In this document: positions 33,885-47,302 of the stretch, piece after piece
Position numbering within the stretch: the stretch's first letter is position 1
How the letters are laid out: each line of letters starts with the position of its first letter
DNA from: Lama glama
Taxonomy: Eukaryota
Length of the DNA stretch: 64,000 nucleotides
Reading direction: 5' to 3'
Assembly (NCBI GenBank): GCA_028534125.1
Contig: CM052816.1
Location: 22,322,001-22,386,000, forward strand
Program-made: the position numbers and the translations under genes
The notes under the pieces: generated by a model
The model's input: only the letters and a program-made list of their open reading frames with translations
What the model was told of the DNA's origin: nothing
Database searches by the model: none

Positions 33885-35520
33885 GTATCAGTCAGGGTTT
33901 GATCTGACAAGTAAACCAGTAAGAGAATTTATTTGGTAAGTAGAGGTGAGTTTGTGGTGATGTTCCTTTGGCTTTTCCTACTTCAAGAGTAAAGTAACCA
34001 ATGTGGGGCTACTGCTAGCTGCTGAGTATGTCTATTCCAACTATGCCTACCAGAACTGGACAAATAACCATAGGGTGAATTCAAGAGTCTACTGAGCTTG
34101 CTGTGAAGTGGACTGGAGCCAAAATCCCATTAAACACCTGACCTTCATAAGCGTCTACTCTGACTGCTGGACCATGTGGTGATTTGGTTCTCTAGGAGTT
34201 ACTGCCAGTTTAGAGCCAATGTGCCATAATTTCCACAGTTTGGTTATTCCACCGTCTGCAATGCACATCACCCTGGTAAATAACTGCAGGTCTCTTTGGG
34301 TAAGTTTAGGAGGAAGATTTACAGTGTATATTCTGGGCTGTACATCAGGATTGTTCCTCTGGGGAACCTGATCTCTCTTATTCAAGGATCTCTGGATCTG
34401 TGAATTGGCTCAAGTCTGGGAATTGGTTCAGGAGCCAAGACTCTCTACTGTGTGATTCACGTCAGACTTCAGCTCATCAGACACAGAGTTTCCTGCTTAT
34501 TCAAATCATATTAAATACAAATGACACTAACTCACTATACTAAAGTAAGACTTCAGCACATTGCCTGTCTAATTCAGACCTAGGAACACCATGAGCAATT
34601 GGCCAACACCAAAGATCTCTGTGGGTCAACTCATTCTGAGTACCACTGTGGCTTTGCTCTCCATTATATTAACCACGCCTACCTTGTCTATGGCAGTTAA
34701 GCACTGCAATTTGGTCCTTTTCACCCCAGGAACCTATCATCCTCTGCTTCCAAGTTTCAGTGAACAATCAAGCAAACTATTAAAGCCACTCTTAGTTTTC
34801 TGAGCTAACATATTGGATCCAGAATTTCTCCTTTGTGCACACAAATCTATAAATTTGGTCTGATTCTACTTTACATTCTTTCCACCCTTATCCAAAGGGT
34901 CCCAAACATATTCCACATGTTTTTAATCAGTCAAAATTGACAAAACTCACTATTCTTTTGGTGCATTTGGTTCCTTCTCATGGGTCTTTTTGTAACTGAC
35001 CTCCTGAGGCCTGCCAGGGTTTAAGTCTAGTTCTAGGTGGAAAAACAGTAAGAGATGGTGGGGATAGGTCCAAGGAGGCTCTGCCTCCTGCAAAGCCACT
35101 CTCTCAGGTTCTTCAGGCAAAGGGACACTGACCTTTTCCTGCAGGTAGAAGGGCTACTTCTATTGCAAGAGAAGGCTTGGCTGAATTAAAAGGTCAGGGA
35201 CCAAGCTTCATCCAAATCTACCCATAAAGTCTCTATGTCAATTTTCAAAGTCCTCTTCTTTCCAAGCAATGCCCTAACTTGAACAAAAAATACCCCGAGG
35301 AGTGGTAAATTCCATTTGCCTTGCAATTCAATCACCCACAGGATTAGCCTTTTGTTTGTTTTTGAGAAAATTTTCAGAAACTCTGCTACCGCAAGAGATA
35401 GAGTTCCTTTTAGGGCAGTCACAAACAAGTTTGTAATTGAGTGTCCCTAGAACTCCCTGGCTCGTGGGTGCAAATAAAGTCACCACAATATTGAAGACTG
35501 AATTCCGTTAGTTTGAAAGC
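33885..35520 (-). mobile_element. ERVL (HERV-L/ERVL-E like) relic: gag-protease region joined to a short LTR end
   Basis: ORF 34155-34385 reads 'IYTVNLPPKLTQRDLQLFTRV...HIGSKLAVTPREP', comparable to ERVL 'IYTVNLSPSLPQRDLRPFTRV...DTGSELTLIPGDP'. Around 34820-34900 the minus strand reads 'DKGGKNVK*NQTKFIDL', comparable to ERVL gag 'DNGGRNIKLDQAEFIDM'. LTR-like 'tgtatcagtcagggtt' at ~33885. Confidence 0.85.
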
Positions 35521-36659
35521 TCTCACATACATAACTATAAAACCATGCGCCTCTTTTGAGGTTTTCTCTTGCAGACCTACATCTGGGGTTTTTGGAGGTT
35601 GTCACATAGTGTCCTATACCATGTGAGGCCACTCTGGGTGGCACTGCTTTCACTTTGCTCTGGCCTCCACTTGGCTCTAGGCCACCACTCCGGACTCTGA
35701 GCAGGCTGCTGCCAGAGCTGGCACCACAGCCCTGCCCTGAACTGCTGCTCTGTGCTCCACCTACGCCACTGCTGACACGGGGGCCATTACTTCATACCCT
35801 ATGCCTGCCATGCCTGCCGTAGCTGGGCCCTCATCCCCTCTCCCTCAGGCTACCATTAATGCTTGGCCTTGCTGCCAAAGTGCCTCTCTCGGTCTCCCCA
35901 TATGGGCTGCCGCTGGCGCAACTGCTGTCCCTCTACCCGGATGCTCCTTCTGTGCGCCCGCTGCTCTGTCCTACTCCACGGCTGGGACTTCTGCTTTGGC
36001 TCCCACTGCGGTCACCCTTTCCTTTGCAGCCACTCAACATCCTTCACCATCACCACCAATCTGCCTTAGGCTGCTGGCGCTCACCTTTCTTTTCTAAAGT
36101 GGGTAGGGAGACAGTTTCCTCTTCCCTGTGTTGTCCTCTTATAGAATCCCACCTCAGGGCTCCTTGGAACCTGAGGTGCAACACAGCTTCAACAGTCTTT
36201 GGTATTATCCACTTACCTTCCCGTCCTCAGACATTCATGCAGGCGATCAGGACAACAGAACTTGTGGGAGGCCGAGTCAGAGGCACGGCACTACACCCAG
36301 AAGTCCTCTCTAAACCTCAGGCCTTATTATTGAGTTTAGTTTATTGTGCTAGGCTTCTTTCCTTGAGATTATGTCAGGTTTCTTCCAGGAGCTACATAAT
36401 CGACTTCTCTTTTACCCAGTTTCCCACTCAGTATGAATTCTTGTCATGAACATAGATCAAATGCTTGTCCTGGAAGATGACTTAACTTGTGGCTCAGTCA
36501 GTGAATACAAACCGGTCCAGTGGTGTGTGTTGGCCTCACTTCACACTAGAACATCTTAGAGGATAGTCACTCCACTACAGGACTAAAGCTCTTATTTGGC
36601 TTTATCAGGGGGCAATAATCCTTCATTTTAAATATGTATGCATGTATGTACGTTTGTGT

Positions 36660-38480
36660 GTATATGTATCAACAACTATTTGTCAAATGCATATATTGTG
36701 ATAGATACTTCAAGTACATCTATGAGCAAAACAAAGATCTCCGTCTTCAAAGAGTTTACATTTTAGTGGGGAGACAGACAGTAAATAACAAATACATAAA
36801 TAAACAAACAAATAAATAAATAATGTATTAGCAGGTGATGACTGCAGGAAAAAAGTAACAGTAGAACAGGATGAGGAAAATCTTAAGTGCCGCTGGGGTG
36901 TGTGTGTGCACGTGTGTGAGTGTGCATTGCACGCGTGGGCACAGTCGTAGTTAGGGCAAGTCTCATTGAGAAGATTCCCTCACTGAGGGAAGAAAAGAAG
37001 GGAGAGAGGAAGTTAGCTATGCAGAGGGCTTAGCCAGGGCAAAGTTCTTACACAAAAGTGTTCCTGAGGTAATGGAGTAACAGCAAGGAGACCAGTGAGT
37101 GAAGGGGAAGCAGAAAGACACAAGGTCAGAGAGATAATGGGATGCCAGGTTAAGCAGGACATTGAACCTGTTTTAATGGCTTTCAGTTTTACTTTAACTA
37201 AAAGGGGAAGTTATTGGAGGACTTTGAGCAGACAAATGATACGACCTGTCTTACATTTTTAAAGCTCTGTGGCTCCTAACTATGGGGTTTAGGTTAGAGG
37301 AAGAGGAATAGCGAAAAGGTTATTAGGTTAGTCCAAATGAGAGAGGAAGGTGGCTCAAACCAAGGTAGTGAACAAGGAGGTGGTGAGTACTCACATTCTG
37401 GTAATATTTGAAGGGAGAGTCAAATAGGATTTGCTGACAAATTGGATGTGAGAGATAAAGAGGAGTCAAAGTTAACTCTAACATTTTCTACTGGAGCAGA
37501 TGGAAGGAAGACGCCATCAGGAACTTTCAAGAAGCCAAGATGGGGAAGGCTGCTGATAGCCCAAGTTTGAAGGGTAAGATCTAGAGTTTTATCTGAGGTC
37601 CGTAAAGTATGAGATGCCTATTAGATATTCAAACTGAGATGTTGAATAGGTAGTTGGATTTGTAACTCAGGATTCAAGAGGGAGATCTGGGCTGCAGAGG
37701 GACATTTGGAAGTTGCCAGATTAGAGGTGGCATTTACAGCTCAGAGAACAGATGAGATCATCCAGGCAGTAAGTCTGAACAGAGAAGAGAGGGCCTTAGG
37801 CTGAGCCTGAGGCACTGCAACACTAACAGGTCAGCCAGAAACTGAGAAGAAATAGCAAGGAGGAGGAAGACTAAGAGAGTGTGGTGTCCTGGAAACCAAG
37901 AGAAGAAAGCACAGCAAGGAGGAGGGATGATCAATATCATGAAATGCTGCTGGTCAGGTAAGACGAGGACAGAGACTTGACCATTGGGATGATCAATATG
38001 AGGTCACCTGATGGCCTTGACAAGAACAATTTTAGTGGAGTAGTGTAGGCAACAGCTTCACTGAAGTAGGCTCAGTAGAGGGCAGGAAGAGAAAAACTGG
38101 AGACAGAATGGCAATTAAAGAGTTTAACTGTAAAGAATTTGGGCAGTAGGTGAAGGGAAAAGTAGGTCAAAAGGAGTTTTTTGTTCATTTCATTAAAATG
38201 ATAGCATACTTGTTGGCTGATAGAAATGATTTAGTGGTGAGTGAAAAAACTGGTAACACGGACTAGGGAGCAGGAACGACTGAAGCAATGTCTTTCATTG
38301 GGTGAGAGGGAAGAGGATCTAGTACATAAGTACATGAGGGACTGGGCTTTAAAAAGAACACGAATAGTTCATCTATGGTAACAAGCCATTCTGGGGGAGA
38401 CGTTGTTTTACGTAGAAGATTGCATTTTTTATCTGATTTATAATGTTGGTTATAAGAAAGCCAAATCAATGGGAAGTCAG
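36660..38480 (-). mobile_element. Long L2a LINE relic including 3' end
   Basis: 'gagtttacattttagtggggagacagacagtaaa', 'aaggagaccagtg', 'ggatttgctgacaaattggatgtg', 'gatgcctattagatattcaa', 'gtgtggtgtcctggaaaccaagagaagaaag'. Confidence 0.88.
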
Positions 38481-39324
38481 CTTTCCAAGGTGACAGCTAT
38501 GCTCCTGCACACTCTCCCCTAGTATTCATCCGGTAGGTAAATGCCCAATCCCAGGAGGGGAGGTCATGCCCCAGGCATATTTAGGGAAGGATGAAGGAAG
38601 GGGTCTTTAGGGTGGTCACTGACAAGTAATTCTGATTTGAAGATGCTCCTGATTAAAACATCAGGTGGGAATAGAAGACAGAAAAAACAGTTATGCTTCA
38701 TGGACTAGAAAGGAAGAAGAAAGAACCATTTTCTATTTTAGGTAAATGGATAGGGTGATGATGAGTCAATAAATTAGCTAAGAAACAGTGCTAGGAAGGA
38801 GAGAAAATAATCTGCTATTTTAAGAAAATTGATGGGGCGACAATGATTTCATTACATTAGCTAAGAAATCAGTCAGTGCTTATTGTACCTTTCAGGGGGG
38901 GCCTGAAAACTTGATTCTTGGACAAATCTAGAAGCTTGGCAGCAAGCAGAGTGAAAGCCAAGACTGGATAAGTGGTGGGATGAAGGTAGACAATGATACT
39001 GTCATCTGTACTTGTCTTTCTGAGGGAATCGCTGGGCATGGCATTGAGAAGTTAAGGGTGCCATGGCCCAAACTCAAGTCCTCCTGTGTCTATGCCAGTC
39101 ACTTGTCACTGTTAAAGAAGCCTGTTGACATATAAGATCTGGACAGGAAGCAGACAGTATGTCCTCTGAGACCAAAACAGGATTACAAGGTACTCATCTG
39201 CAACAGACACATAACAGAAATGCAAATGCAAGTGTAGTAATGTGAGTCTTCACTTGCATTCATTTTGTTTAAATTTCATTTAGCAATAGCTGTTTTCCTT
39301 GACTGTCATTATCAAATGATGCAA

Positions 39325-39520
39325 ATAATATCTAATGTATTAAGAACTTACAATGTGCCAGGTACTGTTTTTCGTTAAAATGTATTAATTAACTCATTCC
39401 AAGTAGGGATTATTATTCTCCCTTTACAGATGAAGAAGTTGAGGCACAGAGAAGTTAGATAACCTGACTGTGCACAGAAAACTAATGGGTATGCTGGCAG
39501 TCATCCCAGGCAGTCGAGTG
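39325..39520 (-). mobile_element. MIR SINE
   Basis: 'acaatgtgccaggtactg', 'attattctccctttacagatgaagaagttgaggcacagagaagttag'. Confidence 0.75.
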
Positions 39521-40409
39521 GCAAAAGGCAATGAATGTCCCTATCTAATCTGGAATACTCTATCTCAGGACTCAGGGACTTTGGGATTGCTAAGAACTTC
39601 TTACTGACTTTGAGTTTGTGCAAAATGTGTTTTATCTTTGCATTATGAGATTCTATTTTAATACTGAAATTTGACAGAGTGGAAATTTCTTGTCTTCACA
39701 GAGACATTAAAGTAGAAAAACTCAGCTACTCCTTCTCATGAATCCAAACAATTTCTAGGAGCACTCATCTATGTGAGCATTATGTAGTGATGAGTCAGAA
39801 CTGTCTGAAAGTTTTGGGGAGTGACACATTATTTATATTGCTAGTCACCTTATCACACTAAAATTATAACTTCACACAATGTGTATTGTGAATATTCCTC
39901 AGAGTTTAGTTATTCAAATCATTTCTGACTTTAAGTATGAATCAGCTTGCCATGTTCCGTTCAAGACTAGTATTTAACAATAAATAAAATATTAAATTTA
40001 CATAATTCATCTCTGGAAAACAGCTGATGGCAAGGAGGAAAAAAGAGCTACAAATAGAGGGAAAAAATGAGATAGAATAATTCATTTTCACAAGTAAGTA
40101 AAAACATTTTCCTGTTTGTAATTGTAGAGGTGAAAAGATGAAACAAAGTCAGAGGATATTCTGTTAGGCATGAAGCTCCCCACCCTGTAAAACAAGTAGT
40201 TCAAGAAAGCTGCTTCCTCTGGAGAGAGGGTGTATTCTGGCAGTGCTTATTGGTTTTTTCCCCACAGATAGTGGGCTCACACAAGAGAGGAGCACGTTGT
40301 AAACTCTGAGGGCACTTTACATTTCTCACTTCCTGTATATTTTGCACAGTATCTGGAGGTGTACTTTGCATAGTAGGGGGTGTTGCTAATAAATACTGAT
40401 TTGGCTGGG

Positions 40410-40922
40410 TGTGATGATTACTTTTATGTGTCAACCTGATTGGCTATAGGATGCACAGGTAGCCTGTAAGACCTTATTTCTAGGTGTGTCTGTGAGGGTG
40501 TTTCCAGAAGAGATTAGCATTTGAACCCATACACTGAGTAAAGCAGAGCTTCCTTACCAGTGTGACAGGCATCATCCAACATATTTAATACCTGGACAGG
40601 ACAGAAGGTGGAGGAAGGGTAAATCTGCTCTCTGAGCTGAGACATCCATCTTCTCCTGCCCTCAGACATGAGTGCTCCTGGTCCTCAGGCTTTCAGACTC
40701 GGACCAGGACTGACACCATATGGCTCTTCCACTCCCACCCCGATTCTTAGGCCTTTGGACTGGGCCTGAGTGATATCACCTGCTTTCCTGGTTCTCCACC
40801 TTGGAGATGGCAGACTGTGGGACTTCTTGGCCTCCATAAATGGCATGAGCCAATTCCTATAATAAATACAAATATTTACGTACATTGCTTCTGTTTCTCT
40901 GGAAAACACTACCTAATTTACA
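40410..40922 (+). mobile_element. MLT2-family ERVL solo LTR
   Basis: Starts 'tgtgatgattacttttatgtgtcaacctga'; contains 'gtgtgtctgtgagggtgtttccagaagagattagcatttgaa', 'atggcagactgtgggacttct'; ends 'ctgtttctctggaaaacactacctaatttaca'. Confidence 0.9.
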
Positions 40923-42120
40923 TTCGTAACAGAATGGACGAGCAGAACATTGAGTCTCAGGTGAAGTACTCCTGGAAACATCTAGAGCTGGGAGACACAC
41001 AAACAAGTGTGTATAACTTGAGATGACAGTCAAATATGCATAGGCAGCGATCATGTGTAATTGTGCTCTAGCAATCAGGCACAGCACATGTTTCACAAAA
41101 ACACCACTTTGAGAATGGCTTGCCCTGAGCAAAATACCAGCAACAGTTCTGCCCTGATTTACTTTGTGATCTTAAGTAATTTATTATCTTCTGTCATTCT
41201 GCCTCATTTTCTACATCTATAATAGGGTGTTCCATCAAGTGCTATAAAGTCACTTTAGCTAAATGTGCTATTGCAGATGGAAATAAGTGTTATGTGCTGC
41301 TTGCTTGGAAATATTTTCTGAGAGAAAAAAGTCAAAAGTATTTTTTAAACAGGGTCATTCCTAAAACAAATGACATAATTAAGTGCAAGTGTGTGACCAG
41401 AGCATTATGTGCTGACAGCTTACATTTATAGAAATTCAATACTTCTAAGTAATTCCTGAACCAACCATTACTCAACCATACTGATGTAAAATATAGAGGA
41501 TTTACAGTGATCATCAGCAGAATTAATCAAGACTTTATGCCAACATACACCTACATTACAGTTGCTGTGGCAACCCACAACTTTTCTTTTCCTGCATGTG
41601 TGTGTATCAAAGCCACAACATGTTTCTGCAAATGACTTTTATAGCAGCCCAAGTGCTGAGTGCAACAGTTAATGACCCATTTAACTGAGTTGTACTTTTT
41701 CAGACTTACTTGTTCACTATTGCAGAGGGAAGTAATAAAGCTCTACAGTTTCCGGAAAAAAAAAGGACCAGACTTTATTCTTAGTGTAAAGGGCCAGAAA
41801 TTTATTCTTCAGAAAGGAATATTGAGGTACATTTAGAGTAAGCAACAAGTGTAGGGTTATATTTAAGTTGCTATCAATCAGGGAGCTTCCTGATGCCAGA
41901 CTTAATTAAATGGTAACTGATGATTTTAAAATCTTGAAATATAACAAGGTTATGGGCTTATTTACTGGTTTAATATACAGTGTTACCAGTAACAATTTTT
42001 TTTAATATGTATTTTGTTCAAGTCACTATGCCTAGATCACAGTGGCTAACAATGTAACATAAATTGCACTTTCTTTTTAAATAAAAACTTTTATCAGAGC
42101 TTGGCCAAGATGGCAGAGTA

Positions 42121-42562
42121 TTGGAATACTGCTCAGCCATAAAAAAGAATAAAACAATGCCATTTGCAGCAACATGGATGGATTTAGAGATCGTCATTCT
42201 AAATGAAGTAAGCCAGAAAGGAAAAATACCATATGATATCACTCATATGTGGAATCTAAAAAAAAAAAAAAAAAGAGGACACTAATGATCTCACCTACAA
42301 AACAATCTTATGGTTACTGGGGAAAGGGGTCGGGAAGGGATAAATTTGGGAGTTTGAGATTTGTAAATGTTAGCCATTATATATAAAATAGATTTCTAAA
42401 AAAATTTCTTCTGTATAGCATAGGCAACTGTATTCAATATCTTATAATAACCTTTAATGAAAAAGAATATGAAAACAAATATATGTATGCATGTGCGTGA
42501 CTAGGACATTGTTCTGTACACCAGAAACAGACACACTATAACTGTACTTCAAAAAAAAAAAA
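42121..42562 (+). mobile_element. Younger L1 3'UTR fragment with poly(A) nested in the 5' end of the host L1
   Basis: 'tggaatactgctcagccataaaaaagaat...actgtacttc' plus an A-tract. Degenerate TSD aagatggcagagta (42107-42120) / aaaacagcggagta (42563-42576). Confidence 0.85.
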
Positions 42563-43179
42563 AAAACAGCGGAGTAGGAAGACTCTGAGCTTAACTCCTT
42601 GCAAAGGCACACCAAAATTACAGCCATTTACAGAGCAACTATTGATAAGACTGGAATCTAGCAGAAATAATCTACAACTAAAGTTATAAAGAAGGAACCA
42701 CAGTGAGGTGGGTAGGAGGGGAAGATGCGGTATAGTAAAGACTTATTCCCTGAGTGGGTGACCCCCAAGTGGGAGGATAATTACAATTGCAGAGGTTCTC
42801 CCCAAGGAGTGAGAGATCCAAACATCACGTCGGGCTCCCCAGCCTAGGGGTCCTGCACACATGAGATGAGTCCCCAGAACGTTTGGCTTTGAAGGCCAGT
42901 GGGGCTTACATTCAGGAGACCCAGAGGGCTGTAGGAAATAGAGGCTCTTCTCTTAAAGGGTGTACACAAAATCTCATACACTCCAGGACCCAGGGCACAG
43001 GCAGTAATCGAAAAGGAGTCTGGGTCAGAGCTACGTGATGTACTTGGAGAGTCACCAGGAGAGGCAGGAGACAACGAGCTCACCTGTGGTTACAGACAGT
43101 GGCGGCAGCCATTTTGGGGAGTTCATTCTACCACATGAACACTGGTGCTGGCAAGCACCATTTTGGAATCCTCCCTTTA

Positions 43180-43830
43180 ACTTACTAGCATCAGGACCTG
43201 GCCCTGCTCACCAGCCTGTGGGCACCAAAATGGGAATGCCTCAGGCCAAGCAACTAGCAGGGCAGGGATACAGTCCCACCTACCAGCAGGCAGGCTGCCT
43301 TAAGACTCCAAGTCTACAACAATCCTGGGGCATGGCTCTGTCCACTATGGGGCCCAGGACCTGGGCCATGCATCACTGGACAGCCACTAGCCCTGAGAAC
43401 CATAGGGCCCTGCATCCACAGACCCTGGGACCCAGCTCTGCCTACCATGGAGTTGGCACTAGCCCTGGACCCCATAGGCCTTGCCCCACCCACCACTGGG
43501 CCAACACCAGCTCTGGGACCCCCAGGACCTGCATCCAGAGCCCCTGGAACCCAGCTCTGCCCAGTGTTGGCAGGCACCAGCGCCAGGATCTACTGGGCCC
43601 AGACCCCATCAACCCAGCAGGCAGACACCAGCCCCAGGAACCCCATAGTCCCATAGTCTTTAGTGGCAGGGCACAGCCCATCCTTCAACAGGCCAATAGC
43701 AGCTGTGAGAGACCATGGGCCCCTCAGCCAGCTGCCCCTGGATCCAGTCCCACGCACCAATGGGCTGACACAGCTTTAGGACACTCCAGACCCTGCTGCC
43801 AGCTATGTCAGGAACTGGCTTCATTATGTT
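43180..43830 (+). repeat. Degenerate tandem repeat array of the L1 5'UTR
   Basis: Recurring unit of the form 'cccagctctgcc-cacca-tgggcc-acaccagccc-gggacccc', e.g. at ~43431 and ~43551. Confidence 0.75.
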
Positions 43831-46044
43831 CTGTGCAGTCCTAAGAGGGAACTTTATAATGATACAAGCCTACTTCAGGAAACAAGAAAAATTTCAAATA
43901 AACAACCTAACCTTCCGTCCAAAGGAACTAGAAGAACACTGACAAAACCCAAAGTTAGTAGAAGAAAAGAAATCATAAAGATTAGAGCAGAAACAAATGA
44001 AATAGAGACTAAAAAAAATCCATAGAAAAGATCAATGAAACTAATAGCTGGTTCTTTAAAAGTATAAACAAAACTGATAAACATTTAGCCAGACTCATTA
44101 AGAAAGAGAGAGGGCGCAAATCAATAGAATCAGAAATGAAAAAAGAAAAGTTGCAACAGACACCACAGAAATACAAAGGATCATGAGAAATTAGTATGAA
44201 CAACTATACACTAATAAAATGAACAACCTAGGAGAAATGGACAAATTCCTAGAAATGTACAAACTTGCAAGGCTGGGACAGAAAGAAACAGAAAATATGA
44301 ACAGACCAATAACCAGTACTGAAGTGGAATCAGTAAATGAAAACCCCCCAACAAACAAAAGTCCATGACCAGATGGCCTCACAGGTGAATTCTACCAAAC
44401 ATTTAGATAAGATTTAACACCTATTCTTCTCAAACTATTCCAAAAAATTGCAGAGGATGAAACAATTATTAACTCATTCTAAGCGGCCAGCATCACCCTG
44501 ACACCAAAACCAGACAAAGAGATCACAAAAAGAAAATTACAAGCCATTGACTTCAGACTATACTACAAAGCTACAGTAATCAAAATAGTATGGTACTGGC
44601 ACAAAAACAGACATATAGATCAATGGAACAGAATAAAAAGCCCAGAAATAAACACATGTACTTATGGTCAATTAATCTAAACAAAGGAGACAAGAATATA
44701 CAATGAAGAAAAGACAAGTCTCTCCAATAAGTGGTGCTGGGAAAACCGGACAGCTACATGTAGAATAATGAAATTATAATCTTTTATCACACTGTATACA
44801 AAAATAACTCAAAATGGATTAAAGACCTATACGTAAGACCAAAACCATAAAACTCATAGAAGAAAATATAGGTGGAACAATGACATAAATCGCAGCAGTA
44901 TTTTTTTTGAAATGTCTAAGGCAAAAGAAATAAAAGCAAAAATAAATAAATGAAACCTAATTAAACATAGTTTTGCACAGCACAGGAAACCACTGACAAA
45001 ACAAGAAGACAGCCTACTGAATGGGAGAATGGGAGAAAATATTTGCAAATGACATAACCAATAAGGGGTTAATGTACAAAATAAATAAATAGTTCATACA
45101 ATGCAATGTGAAAATAAAATAAAAAAGTCTATTAAAAAATGGGCAGAAGATATGAAAAGATTTTTTTCTAAAGAAGACATAGAAATGGCCAACAGACACA
45201 TGAAAAGATGCTCAACATTATCAACCATCAAAGAAATGTAAATCCAACCACAATGAGATATCACCTCACACCTATCAGAATGCCCATCATTAAAAAGTCT
45301 GTGAACAATAAATGCTGAAGGTGTGGAGAAAAGGGAACCCTTCTACACTGCTGGTGGGATATAAACTGGTGCAGCAACCATGGTAAACAGTATGAAAGTT
45401 CCTCAAAAAACTAAAAATAGGACTACCATATGACCCAGCAATTCCACCCCTGGGTATATATCCAAAGAAAACAAAAATACTAATTTGAAAAAACACATGT
45501 ACTCTAATGTTCATAGCAGCATTATTTATAACTGCCAAGATATGGAATCCACCTAAGTGCCCATCATCCAATGAATGGTTAAAGAAGTGATATATAAATA
45601 TATACAAGGGAATATTATTCAGCCATAAAAAGGAATGAAATTTTGCCACTTGCAACAACATAGATGGACCTGGAGGGTATTATGCTTAATGAAATAAGTC
45701 AGACAGAGAAAGACAAATACTGTATATCACTTATATGTGGAATCTAAAAAATAAAACAAACTAGTGAATATAACGAAATAGACTCATGGATATAGGGAAC
45801 AAACTAGTCGTTACCAGTGGGGAGAGGGAGGAGGGGAGGGACAAGATAGGGGTAGAGGATTAAGAGGTACAAACTACCATTTATAAAACAAATAACCTAT
45901 AAGGATATATTATGCAGCACATGGATAGAGCCAATATTTTATAATAACTTAAAATACAGTATATAGTCTGAAAAGTTTGAGTCACTATATTCCACACTCA
46001 AAACTAATATAATATTGGCAAATCAACTATACCTCAATTTACAT

Positions 46045-46935
46045 AATATACATATATACAAAAAGGCACACAAATTTCAAGTGTGCAAGCTCAATGCATT
46101 TTTACAAAGTAAACATTGTGCAATCCCCACTTAGATTAAAATATAAAACGTTACTAACACCCTAGCAGCTGTTTCCAGTATGGGCTAATACAAACAGTAA
46201 AGCTGTGACCATTTTTGTACGTCTTTTGATAAACATAGTTCCATACCTCAGAGTGCATAATGGATATGCATGTGTCCAGCTTTAGTAAACACTGCCAAAG
46301 TGTTGTACCAATTTGCATTCCTTTCAGCAACATATGAAAATTCCAGATGCTCCACATCTTTTCCAACTCTTGGTACTTTTGTCATTTAGATTTTATTCAT
46401 TCTGGTGGGCACATAGTCATATAGCCTTGCCATGTTTTCCACTTTCATGATGAGTTATATAGTTAAACACATTTTTCATAGCTTTATTGGCTAATTAAAT
46501 ATGCCCTTTTGGAGATGACTTATGTCCATTTTTCTTACATGTTTACATATGGATTTGGAGAAATTCTTTACATATTCTGGGTATGAATATGTCCTGCAAG
46601 TATCTTCTTCCACTCTGTAGCTTGCCTGTTTACTTTCTTAATATGTCTTTGGCAAACAGGTTCTTAAATTTAACGGAGCCCAGTTAATCAAATTTTCTTC
46701 CTTTATGGTTAATGCTTTTTGTGACCCAGTTAAGAAGTTTTTGCCTACCCCAAAGTCTTTAAGATATTCTTTTGTCTCCCTTTAACAGCGTTATTCATTT
46801 CTCCTTTATGTCTAGATCTATACAAACTTTGGAATGGGTTTTTTAATATGGTGTGAGATACGGTCCGAGATTGTTTCCATATTGATATTCTATTTACCCA
46901 CTGTCATTTACTGAAAAGAACATCTTTTCTAAATC
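46045..46935 (-). mobile_element. Old L1M (L1MC/ME) 3' fragments
   Basis: 'gtgttgtaccaatttgcattcctttcagcaacatatgaaaattccagatgctccacatc', 'ttaagaagtttttgcctaccccaaagtc'. Confidence 0.7.
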
Positions 46936-47071
46936 ATGCTTTTGAGACAATATATGAGAGCATATTCAGAAAATGTCTTTAAAAGTAGAACTGTATACAA
47001 TTAGGTGGCAAATTGGAAATGCTCTATATCGTCAGTACAGATTGTAAAAGAATGTTAGTTTTTCCCTAGAC

Positions 47072-47302
47072 TATGGGTTGGTAAACTTTTTATGTAGAGT
47101 AAAATAGTAAATATTTTAGGCTTTGTGGTTCATACAGTCTGTGTTGTAACTCCTCAGTGTTTCTACAGTGTTCTGCTGTACCAAGGAATTAACCACAGAC
47201 AACACTTAAATGCACGGGCATTTCAATCAAAACACATTTACAAAAACAGGTGCAAGGCTGGAGGCTGGATTTGGCCTGATGGCCATAATTTGCCAACTCC
47301 TG
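47072..47302. mobile_element. MER58A (hAT-Charlie) with 8 bp TSD
   Basis: Degenerate TIRs 'tatgggttggtaaac' / 'tttgccaactcctg'. TSD ccctagac (47064-47071) / ctctagac (47303-47310). Confidence 0.85.

Larger units (their letters stand above)
42100..46040 (+). mobile_element. Originally full-length artiodactyl L1 with 5'UTR, two large internal deletions (ORF1+EN; RT) and intact 3' end
   Basis: 5' end 'ggccaagatggcagagta...ggaagactctgagctt'; tandemly repetitive 5'UTR at 43180-43830. ORF2 linker from ~43835 ('gcagtcctaagagggaactttata', AVLRG.FI), jumping at ~44548 from 'gaaaattacaagcc' (ENY.P) to 'gacttcagactatactacaaagct' (DFRLYYKA). 3'UTR ends 'aatcaactatacctcaat'. Confidence 0.9.

Noticed and set aside
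34155..34385. Possible domesticated ERVL gag/protease gene (Fv1-like)
   Set aside because: The catalytic DTG motif reads HIG, there are in-frame stops and frameshifts, and only short ORFs remain.
43035..43844. 269 aa ORF, the longest in the window
   Set aside because: Lies in the tandemly repetitive L1 5'UTR, has a GTG start and no recognisable domain.
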